DNA of 44,481 nucleotides from Marine Group I thaumarchaeote (lineage in GTDB: Archaea; Thermoproteota; Nitrososphaeria; Nitrososphaerales; Nitrosopumilaceae), in the NCBI GenBank assembly GCA_044358425.1, contig CP054849.1, positions 914,810 to 959,290 of the forward strand. The letters are read 5' to 3'. Positions 10,398-19,239 of this stretch are shown here, in pieces (the first letter of the stretch is position 1; each line of letters begins with the position of its first letter). Under the pieces are notes generated by a model. It saw only the letters and a list, made by a program, of their open reading frames with translations. It searched no databases and had not been told where the DNA came from. The position numbers were made by a program, and so were the translations under genes.

Positions 10398-11768
10398 ATG
10401 TCAGACATTAATGAACTTCGTAATGAAATGGATGCAGTAACATTAGAAATGATCAAGTTACTCAAAACTCGAACAGACATTGCAAAACAAATTGGAGAAG
10501 TCAAAAAAAGTATTGGAAAAGGAGTTACAGATGAAGAGCGTGAAGAGAATTTACGTAGAAAAATCATGAAAGTGACTCAAGAAATAGGATTAGATGAAAC
10601 ATTGGCATCAAAATTTTTGAATTTTTTATTAAATGAATCAATCAAAGTTCAATCAGATAATAAACAAACACATCTGTCAATATTTCTAAAAGCAAAATCA
10701 CTAGAACAAGAGGGCAAAAAAATCATACATATGGAAGTAGGAGAACCAGATTTCTTACCACCAGAAATTGTTAAAAAATCATTATCAGAAGTTTTTGATG
10801 AAGGGTTTATGAAATACGGGCAAGCAAGAGGAATGCCAAAATTTAGAGAAGCACTTGCAAAATATGTTTCACAAAAATTCAACACAAAAATTACGCAAGA
10901 AAATATCATTGTTAGTCCAGGTGCAAGATTTTCAATTTTTTCAGCAATTAGCACATTACTTAATCCAGGCGATGAAATGATTGTGATTGAACCATCATGG
11001 CCAGCATACAAAGATTGTGCATTAAATTCAGGGATAAAAGTTAGAACAATAAATACAACATTAGAAAAAAAATGGGAGCCATCTGTTGAAGAAATTAAAA
11101 ATGCAATTAATTCTAATACAAAAATGATTGTTTTAAACTATCCAAATAATCCAACGGGAAAAATATTACCAGAAAAATTGCAAGATGGCATCATAAATTT
11201 AGCAAAAGAAAATGATCTCTATGTGTTAAGTGATGAAATTTATTCACAATATGCAAAAACAAATTGGAAAAGTATTCTAAGTTATAATTATGAAAAAAGT
11301 ATAGTCACACAATCATTTTCCAAATCACATGCAATGACAGGTTTCAGAGTAGGTTATGCAATAACATCGAAGAAAATTATAGAAAAAATGGTCAAATTAG
11401 AAGCACTCTGTTTAACAAATGTATCCGAACCAATTCAATACGTGGCTATGAAAGCATTAGAATCAGATACATCAAGTAATTCAAAATTAATTCAAAATAG
11501 ATTAAACATGTTAACAGAAAAAGCTAATGAAATGGGATTAGAATTTATGATTCCAGATGGAGCAATGTATATTTTTGCAAAAATTAATCAAAAAGACTTT
11601 GATGGGGTTGAATTTGCCAATAAATCATTAGAAAAAGGCATAGCAATAGCCCCAGGAGAAGGCTTTGGAAATTATAAGAATTTCATCAGAATATCTGCAT
11701 GTCAAGATGAGAAAACACTAATGGAAGGAATGCATATACTAGGCAACATTATGAGGGATATACAGTGA
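10398..11768 (+). CDS. Fused chorismate mutase (AroQ type) and class I/II PLP aminotransferase
   Basis: N-terminal INELRNEMD...RTDIAKQIGEVKK...DEERE (AroQ pattern); C-terminal NYPNNPTG, SDEIY, SFSKSHAMTGFRVG. Confidence 0.88.
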   Translation: MSDINELRNEMDAVTLEMIKLLKTRTDIAKQIGEVKKSIGKGVTDEEREENLRRKIMKVTQEIGLDETLASKFLNFLLNESIKVQSDNKQTHLSIFLKAKSLEQEGKKIIHMEVGEPDFLPPEIVKKSLSEVFDEGFMKYGQARGMPKFREALAKYVSQKFNTKITQENIIVSPGARFSIFSAISTLLNPGDEMIVIEPSWPAYKDCALNSGIKVRTINTTLEKKWEPSVEEIKNAINSNTKMIVLNYPNNPTGKILPEKLQDGIINLAKENDLYVLSDEIYSQYAKTNWKSILSYNYEKSIVTQSFSKSHAMTGFRVGYAITSKKIIEKMVKLEALCLTNVSEPIQYVAMKALESDTSSNSKLIQNRLNMLTEKANEMGLEFMIPDGAMYIFAKINQKDFDGVEFANKSLEKGIAIAPGEGFGNYKNFIRISACQDEKTLMEGMHILGNIMRDIQ

Positions 11769-12616
11769 AAAAACTAACAGTAATTGGTGCAGGTGGACAG
11801 ATGGGTCAATGGTTCACAAAGTATTTTGCAGGTTCAGATTTTGAAGTTACAGGATATGACACTGAAACGAAAAGTTTTGGCAAGGATATACTAGTATCAG
11901 AATCATTAGTGGGTGCAATTCTAAAAGCAGATTACGTAGTACTTTGTACACCAACAAGACGAACACCAGAAATTATCAGATTAATTGCAAAGGAAATGAA
12001 AAAAGGAACGTATCTAATTGAAATTTCTTCAGAAAAATCTAAAGTCGTATCATCATTGTCAAAAATGCCAGATAAAATAAATCCAATTTGCATTCATCCA
12101 ATGTTTGGTCCAGGTATAAAAACAATAAAAAATCAGAACATAATTTCTGTACCAATTAAAGATGCAAAAAAAGAATTAACAGTAGCTAAAACCCTATTTG
12201 AAGGAGCTAACTTTGTTACAATAGATGCAATTGAACATGATAAAAAAATTGCAGTAATTTTAGGTTTAACTCATTTAATGAATTTAGTTTTTGCAAACAT
12301 AATTTCCAAAGATGAGAAAATGTTATTGACAGAGAAAATGTCTGGTACTACATTCAGAGTGCAAAAAACATTAGCAGAGAGCATCATGACAGAAACACCA
12401 GAATTAATTGAAACAATAATTGCAAATCCAGAAATTAGAAGAGTAGCAGAAGAATTATGGAAAGATATAGGAAGATTACTTACATCAGTGCAAGAATCAA
12501 AAACAGAAGAAGTTATAGAATATATCAAAAATTGTCAAGAGAGACTTTCAAAACACACCGACCTTGATGAGTCATACAAAAAACTCTCAAAGATGGTCAA
12601 ATCAGTTGAAAAATAA
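11765..12616 (+). CDS. tyrA: Prephenate/arogenate dehydrogenase
   Basis: GAGGQMG Rossmann motif, HPMFGP, EHDKKIA; GTGA overlap with the upstream gene. Confidence 0.9.
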   Translation: MKKLTVIGAGGQMGQWFTKYFAGSDFEVTGYDTETKSFGKDILVSESLVGAILKADYVVLCTPTRRTPEIIRLIAKEMKKGTYLIEISSEKSKVVSSLSKMPDKINPICIHPMFGPGIKTIKNQNIISVPIKDAKKELTVAKTLFEGANFVTIDAIEHDKKIAVILGLTHLMNLVFANIISKDEKMLLTEKMSGTTFRVQKTLAESIMTETPELIETIIANPEIRRVAEELWKDIGRLLTSVQESKTEEVIEYIKNCQERLSKHTDLDESYKKLSKMVKSVEK

Positions 12617-12619
12617 AGA

Positions 12620-13024
12620 ATGCGTTCAACAAGAATAGTTACATCTTTTATTAAATTTAATGATCAAATTTTAATTCTAAAAAGAAGTGAAAAAGTAAGA
12701 TCAATGAAAGGGTTATGGTCAGGAGTTAGTGGAATAATTGAAAATAATGAAAATCCAATAGACAGAGCAAAAATTGAAATTTTTGAAGAAATAGGAATTA
12801 GAGAGAAAGAAATTAGATTGCTTAAGAAATTAGAAAAAATGAAAATATCTTCACAACAATATAAAAATCACGAATGGGAAATTTTTCCATTTTTATTTGA
12901 AACTAAAAACAGAAATATTGAATTGAATTGGGAAAATTCAGAATTTAAATGGATTCTGCCTAAAGAATTAAAGAATTATCAAACAGTTCCTAGTCTTGAA
13001 AAAATACTACTCAATTTGTTGTAA
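12620..13024 (+). CDS. NUDIX hydrolase
   Basis: GIIENNENPIDRAKIEIFEEIG Nudix box, LNWEN. Confidence 0.85.
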   Translation: MRSTRIVTSFIKFNDQILILKRSEKVRSMKGLWSGVSGIIENNENPIDRAKIEIFEEIGIREKEIRLLKKLEKMKISSQQYKNHEWEIFPFLFETKNRNIELNWENSEFKWILPKELKNYQTVPSLEKILLNLL

Positions 13025-14335
13025 GTTTTCATTTTCTTTATCATATTTTTTTTGTTGAGGCAACATCATGTAAACACATGCACCACCACACATAGTACAA
13101 GGAACATTATTTCCAGGATGTTGGCCAGTTCTAGAATGAATTTTTGCTGCTGCTTCTGGATCAATAGATAAAGCAAGTTGCTTTTCCCAATCCAATGTTC
13201 GTCTAGCTTCAGTCATCTCCATATCCCATTTGATTGCCTTATCACGCATTTTTACAAGATCACCAGCATGAGCTGCAATTCTATATGCAATTAATCCAGC
13301 TTTGACTTCTTCAGCATTAGGTAATGCCAAATGTTCAGAAGGTGTAAGATAACATAAAAGGTCTACACCTTCGCTTGCAGAAACTGCAGCACCAATTGCA
13401 CTTGCAATATGATCATGTCCAGATGCAATATCAGTTACTAAAGGACCAAGAACATAGTATGGAACATCACCAATTAGAGATTTAGCTAATCGAACATTTG
13501 CAGCAACTTCATTTAATGGAACATGACCGGGACCCTCAACCATAACCTGAACATCATTTTCATGAGCTCGCTTGGTTAATTGAGAGATATTGATCATTTC
13601 CTGTACCTGTAATTCATCATGGGAATCTAAAATGGAACCAGGTCTCAATGCATCACCAAGACTAAATGTAACATCATATTTTTTAGCAATTTCCATCATG
13701 TAATCATAATGAGTAATGTAAGGATTTTCTTTATCATGTTTTAACATCCAAGCAGCAGTTATTGTTCCACCTTTACTAACAACACCACCATATCTTTGAA
13801 CTTTAAGAATTCTTTTTGCAATATCTTTAGTAATTCCACAATGAACAGTAGTATAGTCAACCCCATCTTTTGCATTATTTTCAAATGCTTTGATATAATC
13901 ATCTTCAGTTAAATTCAGAGGATTTTTGTGAACTTCAACACCGTAGTTGTAAGCTTCGTAAATAGGAACAGTTCCAAAAGTAATTGGTGCGTTATCCATC
14001 AGGGTTTGACGAATTTTTTTAACATCACCACCATCACTAAGATCCATCATTGTGTCAGCATGATATTTTATTGCAACTTTAGCTTTTTCAATTTCTTCAT
14101 TCAAATTTACATTAAGAGTGGAAGTTCCAATATTGACATTGACTTTAGTTTTTAATCCCTTACCAATTCCAACATTGTGAATTTTTTGAGGTCTAACATT
14201 GTTACTAGGAATAATGATTGAACCTCTAGCAATTTTTGGAATTAACCAGTTAAGGGAAACGTCCTCATCTTTTGCAACTTGTTTCATTTCATCAGTTGCA
14301 ATTCCACGACGAGCAGAAGTCATTTGAGTAGCCAT
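13007..14335 (-). CDS. thiC: Phosphomethylpyrimidine synthase
   Basis: KVNVNIGTS, SLGDALRPG, EGPGHVP, GHDHI, EHLALP, CTMCGGAC. Confidence 0.97.
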   Translation of the reverse strand: MATQMTSARRGIATDEMKQVAKDEDVSLNWLIPKIARGSIIIPSNNVRPQKIHNVGIGKGLKTKVNVNIGTSTLNVNLNEEIEKAKVAIKYHADTMMDLSDGGDVKKIRQTLMDNAPITFGTVPIYEAYNYGVEVHKNPLNLTEDDYIKAFENNAKDGVDYTTVHCGITKDIAKRILKVQRYGGVVSKGGTITAAWMLKHDKENPYITHYDYMMEIAKKYDVTFSLGDALRPGSILDSHDELQVQEMINISQLTKRAHENDVQVMVEGPGHVPLNEVAANVRLAKSLIGDVPYYVLGPLVTDIASGHDHIASAIGAAVSASEGVDLLCYLTPSEHLALPNAEEVKAGLIAYRIAAHAGDLVKMRDKAIKWDMEMTEARRTLDWEKQLALSIDPEAAAKIHSRTGQHPGNNVPCTMCGGACVYMMLPQQKKYDKENENLQQIE

Positions 14336-14361
14336 GTATCAATCTAGTTTTTACCTGATTT

Positions 14362-14389
14362 AAACAATCGTGAGAAAAAATGATTGTTT
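14362..14389. promoter_or_regulatory. Inverted repeat overlapping the thiC TATA/BRE; candidate operator
   Basis: AAACAATC-N12-GATTGTTT; TTTAAA at 14359-14364 is 24-29 nt from the thiC ATG. Confidence 0.45.
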
Positions 14390-14461
14390 TGATCGCATTT
14401 TAAGTTAGCACTATATTAAGAAAAATTTTATGTTTAAATTCAAAAAAACTCACTTTACTGT

Positions 14462-14560
14462 ATGAAAATAATTAGAGAATGCATGCATTGTGGAAAAGAA
14501 TTTCAAAGCATGAGAGACGAATTTTGCTCATTTGATTGTGTTACTCAATCTACATCTTAG
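14462..14560 (+). CDS. 32-aa C4 zinc-finger microprotein (CxxC-x11-CSxxC)
   Basis: MKIIRECMHCGKEFQSMRDEFCSFDCVTQSTS*; TTTAAA at 14433-14438; stop overlaps the stop of the convergent ORF. Confidence 0.72.
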   Translation: MKIIRECMHCGKEFQSMRDEFCSFDCVTQSTS

Positions 14561-14778
14561 AATAAAAAAAGATTTTTTTCTACTTCTCTCTTCTCAGACC
14601 TAATTTGAGTAATTCTCCTCATAATAGGCTCGATAAGTCTGTCCAAATCATCAGAGCCAGAAAAATTTTGTCGTATTTCAAGAATCCTTTGGATTAATTC
14701 AATTTCAGCAGAAATCAAATGTTTATAATTATCAAATTGTTCAAGGGTGGATTTTTGAAGATCAGTTTTAGAGTCCAT
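14557..14778 (-). CDS. Small helical hypothetical protein
   Basis: MDSKTDLQK...; ATG 14778 overlaps the upstream TAA (TAATG coupling), so it is preferred over 14796. Confidence 0.7.
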   Translation of the reverse strand: MDSKTDLQKSTLEQFDNYKHLISAEIELIQRILEIRQNFSGSDDLDRLIEPIMRRITQIRSEKREVEKNLFLF

Positions 14779-14969
14779 TATCTGGGAGGACTCCAACTTT
14801 CTTCCATATCATCATCAGTGTTTTGAGAAACAAAATATTTTTTTCCACATTTAAAACACTGCCAAAGAAATTTTCCATCCTTTTTTTCTTGATATTGCAT
14901 TGGAAGTAAACAATTAGTGCATTGTAATTGATCAGGAATACCATCATCAATCATAGGAATTTTACTCAC
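14778..14969 (-). CDS. Small zinc-ribbon protein
   Basis: CTNC...WQCFKCGK; acidic C-terminal tail. Confidence 0.75.
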   Translation of the reverse strand: MSKIPMIDDGIPDQLQCTNCLLPMQYQEKKDGKFLWQCFKCGKKYFVSQNTDDDMEESWSPPR

Positions 14970-15069
14970 ATTATAAAAAAATCATTCAAGTATAAAATAG
15001 ATGATATAATTTTAAATGGAAATTATCAAATATGGAAAAATAGATTAGTGTTAAAAATTAGTAAATGAT

Positions 15070-16377
15070 GTGAATTTATTATCAATTGGAGGTTCAGATC
15101 CATCATCAGGTGCAGGTATTCAAAGTGACATTAAGACATTCTCAACATTGAATGTACACGGATTAACAGTAATTACAGCAATTACAGGACAAAATACATC
15201 AAATTTTGGAATGATAGAACCAATATCAAAGAAAATTTTAGAAAATCAATTAGAATCAGTAATTACAGATTTCAAGATTGATGGAATAAAAATTGGAATG
15301 GTGTATAATTCAGAAATAATAAAAACAATTTATCAATATCTAAAAAAATTAGATATTCCAATTGTCGTAGATCCAGTAGTAAAATCAACTACAGGAGCAA
15401 TGTTGATAGAAAAAACAGCCATAGTAGATTTTAAAAAATTCATCGTTCCTCTTGCAACGATTATTACACCAAACAAATTTGAAGCTGAAATTTTAGCAAA
15501 AACAAAAATTAATTCTAAAAATACACCTGAAAAAATTGCTAAAATAATTCAAAAGATGGGAGCAAAAAATGTGATAATTACAGGAGTTGAAAATAAAAAT
15601 AATAAAATATCAGATTTTGTTTTGGAATCAGATAAAAAATATTTTCTTGTTGATAAAAAAATTCCAAAAATTAATCGTGGTAGCGGAAATATTCATTCAT
15701 CTGTAGCACTATATGGAATTGTAAAATATAAAAAAATTAAAAAATCATTAGAGTTTGCAAAACAAATTACTCTTAATTCAATAAAAAATTCGAAAAAAAT
15801 TGGTAAAGGTTTTGAAATTACAAATTTTGACGAATTAGATACTAAAAAGGTAAAACTTGCAAAAGCAATTAATGAATTCACAAAAATTAAAAATATTTTT
15901 GAAAATATTCCAGAATGCCAAACTAATTTCGTATTTTCAGAAAATAAACCAAAATCCATTAAAGAAATACTAGGAATTTCAGGAAGAATAGTGAAAGCAG
16001 GTGAGAGAATCATAGTTGCAGGAGATTTAGAATATGGGGGTTCAAAGCATGTAGCAACAGCACTATTATCTGTAAATAAAAAATATTCAAACATTCAATC
16101 TGCAATAAATTTGAAATATAGGGAATCAACGATTTCTAAAATTAAAAAAATGAAATGGAATACATTTGATTATGATCGAAATGAAGAACCAGAAAACATC
16201 AAAATAAAAGGTTCAACCATAGCATGGGGAATTACAAACGCAATTAAAAATTCAAAAAAAACCCCTGATGTAATTTTTCATAAAGGAGATTTTGGAAAAG
16301 AACCAATGATAATATTATTTGGAGAATCTCCAGAAATAGTAATAAAAAAAATACAGAAATTATTCAAAGAAAGATAA
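15070..16377 (+). CDS. thiDN: Bifunctional HMP(-P) kinase / thiamine-phosphate synthase ThiN
   Basis: GGSDPSSGAGIQSDIK, VVDPV, TPNKFEA; C-terminal IPECQTN, GGSKHVA, GDFGKEPMI. Confidence 0.92.
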   Translation: MNLLSIGGSDPSSGAGIQSDIKTFSTLNVHGLTVITAITGQNTSNFGMIEPISKKILENQLESVITDFKIDGIKIGMVYNSEIIKTIYQYLKKLDIPIVVDPVVKSTTGAMLIEKTAIVDFKKFIVPLATIITPNKFEAEILAKTKINSKNTPEKIAKIIQKMGAKNVIITGVENKNNKISDFVLESDKKYFLVDKKIPKINRGSGNIHSSVALYGIVKYKKIKKSLEFAKQITLNSIKNSKKIGKGFEITNFDELDTKKVKLAKAINEFTKIKNIFENIPECQTNFVFSENKPKSIKEILGISGRIVKAGERIIVAGDLEYGGSKHVATALLSVNKKYSNIQSAINLKYRESTISKIKKMKWNTFDYDRNEEPENIKIKGSTIAWGITNAIKNSKKTPDVIFHKGDFGKEPMIILFGESPEIVIKKIQKLFKER

Positions 16378-16419
16378 ATTTATCCTTGAACATAAATACT
16401 CAAATTTGAAATAACGTTT

Positions 16420-17124
16420 GTGAAAGCAGTAATTCTTGCAGGAGGCCTAGGAACAAGATTAAGACCATTAACCAACAGTAAGCCCAAACCCATGTTGCCA
16501 GTAGGAGAAAAACCAATTTTAGAACATCTTATAGAATGGACAAAAAAAGGAGGAGTAAAATCGATAGTTATTTGCGTAAGTTATCTCAGAAAATCAATTG
16601 AAGATTATTTTGAAGATGGAAGTAAATTTGGAGTTAAAATCGAATATGCAATTTCAAACAAACCATTAGCTACAGCAGGACAACTAAAAACAGCAGAAGA
16701 ATTTATCGATGATGATTTTGTATGTATGTATGGGGACTCAATATTTAATTTTAGTTTAAGAAGTATGATAAAACAACATGTTATGCAGAAATCATTTGTT
16801 ACAATGAGCTTAAATGAATTTAAAACAAATTTACCATACGGGGTAATTGAAACTTCTAAAAATGGAAAAATAGTAAGTTGGAATGAAAAACCAGAAATAA
16901 AAGCAAATGTAAACATGGGATGTTATGTAATGAATCCAAATATTTTTGATTTAATTCCAAAAAACAAGGCATACGGAATGGATGATGTAATAAAAAAAGC
17001 AATGAAGAACAAACAGGCAGTGAATAGTTTTATTACAAAAAAGGGCTTTACAGATATCGGAAATAAAGAATCATACAAGCAAGCATGTGACGAATATGAA
17101 AAAAGGTTAGAGAAATTAAAATGA
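16420..17124 (+). CDS. Sugar-phosphate nucleotidyltransferase (no C-terminal left-handed beta-helix)
   Basis: AVILAGGLGTRLRPLT..PKPMLP, YGD, EKP, DIG. Confidence 0.9.
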   Translation: MKAVILAGGLGTRLRPLTNSKPKPMLPVGEKPILEHLIEWTKKGGVKSIVICVSYLRKSIEDYFEDGSKFGVKIEYAISNKPLATAGQLKTAEEFIDDDFVCMYGDSIFNFSLRSMIKQHVMQKSFVTMSLNEFKTNLPYGVIETSKNGKIVSWNEKPEIKANVNMGCYVMNPNIFDLIPKNKAYGMDDVIKKAMKNKQAVNSFITKKGFTDIGNKESYKQACDEYEKRLEKLK

Positions 17125-17558
17125 ATGAACCCACAATAAGAGAAATAGAAGAAGGTGATTTTCAAAAAGGTTTTCTAAACACATTGGATACATTAAGAGA
17201 AGCAAGTAATATCAGTAAAGAAAAAGCATCAGAAATTTTGAAGAATATAAAATCAAATCCAAATCACATCATCATTGTTGCTGAAATGAATGATAAAATT
17301 ATCGGGGCAACAACTCTTCTAATTGAGCCTAAATTTATTCATAAAGGAGGATTTGTAGGGCACATAGAAGACGTAGTGGTCAGCAAAGAGTTCCAAGGTC
17401 AAAAAATAGGTGAAAAAATTATCAAATATGTTTTAAAAGTTGCTGAAAAACATAATTGCTATAAAACAATTTTAGATTGTTCAGATGACGTTAAACAATT
17501 TTATGAAAAAATGGGTTTCAAATATCATTCAAACGAATTTAGATTTGATCACAACTAA
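17121..17558 (+). CDS. GNAT acetyltransferase, glucosamine-6-phosphate N-acetyltransferase (GNA1)-like
   Basis: LIEPKFIH...GHIEDVVV...QGQKIG...CYKTILDC...FYEKMGF. Confidence 0.85.
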   Translation: MNEPTIREIEEGDFQKGFLNTLDTLREASNISKEKASEILKNIKSNPNHIIIVAEMNDKIIGATTLLIEPKFIHKGGFVGHIEDVVVSKEFQGQKIGEKIIKYVLKVAEKHNCYKTILDCSDDVKQFYEKMGFKYHSNEFRFDHN

Positions 17559-17998
17559 AAATATTCTTTTGTAGGACGTTTTTTTCGTTTTAAGATTAAT
17601 CTTGATCCAACAAACATTACAGGAGCAGATAATATTATGAATAAGATTGGCAGATATTGAACTGCATCTGTTTGATAATTTTCTGGAACAGAGTCAACCC
17701 AAGAATAAACTACAAGATTACCGGCAAGTAAAATAACACCGCCAACAATAATTAAACCACCAATTTGTTTCGAACCATAATTCCTTGACATAATGTAAGC
17801 AACTGCAGCTAAAATTCCAGCTGGTGCAACACCAATGGAAACAAATTGAATTAGTTTTGGATCAGGTGTAAATCCTTGTGCAACAACAGCATCTTCAGGA
17901 ACAGTTAACATAAAATAATAAACAGAAATCATTTCACCAGCAAACATTGCAAAAAGAGCGACACTAATTACTGCAAGCCATTTTTCAACATTTCCCAT
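17555..17998 (-). CDS. Membrane protein with about four TM helices, unknown function
   Basis: Four hydrophobic stretches and a basic C-terminus. Confidence 0.8.
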   Translation of the reverse strand: MGNVEKWLAVISVALFAMFAGEMISVYYFMLTVPEDAVVAQGFTPDPKLIQFVSIGVAPAGILAAVAYIMSRNYGSKQIGGLIIVGGVILLAGNLVVYSWVDSVPENYQTDAVQYLPILFIILSAPVMFVGSRLILKRKKRPTKEYF

Positions 17999-18039
17999 TA
18001 ACAGAAGTAAATAGAGTTGATAAATAAACCATTCAGAAA

Positions 18040-19053
18040 CTAAAGGATTCCAACAAGATTAGCTAGTTCTTTCCTACAAGCTATTCCAAGTTTTTCAGCA
18101 GCATCTTCAGGAGACACATCATTCAAAAATATCCCATAGCCACGTTCTAAACCAGACCAAGGTTTAGTTATTGGATAAATTTCAATGTGCCAATGAATTT
18201 GTCTAGTATTTTTCTTTTCAGGTGAAAGGTGAAAAACCAGATTATATGAAACATTTTTGATAGTTTTTGTTAAACCACCTAAAGTAGCCCTCAAAATTAG
18301 GGATAAATCATTAATTTCTTTTTGAGTGATTTTTGAGAAACTAGTTGTGTGTTTTTTAGGGGCAATCCAGAATTCATATGGATATGATGGAGCCCAAGGA
18401 GAAAAAGCAATGAATCCATCAGTTTGAAGTATTTGTCTTGGTCCACTCAACTCCTCATTAATGGTTTGACACATATGACATACTCCTTTTTCATTCAAGA
18501 TTTTATGAGAAGCTTCAGCCTCTGCATCAATTACAGGAGGAATAGTAGAAAGAGTTAGAATGTTCAAGTGAGGATGAGGGTTAGTACTACCTGCCAATTC
18601 ACCATTATCACCATAAATTGAAACGTAAGTAACACCCTTTTGAGTATAAAGCCATCGTAATCTATCTTGAACAACAACTAAAACATTTGACCATTGCTCT
18701 GGACTAATAGTTGAGAACGTATCTTTAGTGTTTGGAGAAGCTACAATGACATAATGATATCCATAATTTGGTTCACTGTAAAATGGTTTTTCACTGTAAG
18801 AGTTTTCTGTTTCAACAGTAACTACAGGATTTTTACTTTCAAAAACACGTATAGACCAACCTTCAACAAAATCATCTTCACTGTCTTGAAGACGTTGTAA
18901 CATACCATCTTTTTCAACAAGTGATAAAACAGAAGGATTAGTAAGAGATTCATTTCCAGGTGCAAATGGATTTTTTTTACCGTCTACAGATTTTTTATTT
19001 TTCGAAACAATCATGAATCTTTCAGAAACATAATCTTTTCGCATATCACCCAT
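18040..19053 (-). CDS. galT: GalT-family (HIT superfamily) nucleotidyltransferase
   Basis: PHPH active site, PFAPGNE, PYEFWIAPKKH, HWHIEIYP, GLERGYG. Confidence 0.8.
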   Translation of the reverse strand: MGDMRKDYVSERFMIVSKNKKSVDGKKNPFAPGNESLTNPSVLSLVEKDGMLQRLQDSEDDFVEGWSIRVFESKNPVVTVETENSYSEKPFYSEPNYGYHYVIVASPNTKDTFSTISPEQWSNVLVVVQDRLRWLYTQKGVTYVSIYGDNGELAGSTNPHPHLNILTLSTIPPVIDAEAEASHKILNEKGVCHMCQTINEELSGPRQILQTDGFIAFSPWAPSYPYEFWIAPKKHTTSFSKITQKEINDLSLILRATLGGLTKTIKNVSYNLVFHLSPEKKNTRQIHWHIEIYPITKPWSGLERGYGIFLNDVSPEDAAEKLGIACRKELANLVGIL

Positions 19054-19239
19054 AATGGTTACTGAAAGTAATTGTATGTTAAAATGTTTACTAAAAATTA
19101 AAATGAAAATAATTCAAAAATTAAAAATATATTTTTCATTTTACAATAATTGTTTATTGAAAAGATTTGAAATTTTTTGATCGCAAAATCATTGCAAGAT
19201 TTAAAACAGAGATCAAAGGGTTGGGTAAACAGGGTTCAA

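Noticed and set aside
14336-14460. TPP riboswitch upstream of thiC
   Set aside because: No GCTGAGA/CCTGA aptamer core on the sense strand, and the TATA position implies almost no leader.
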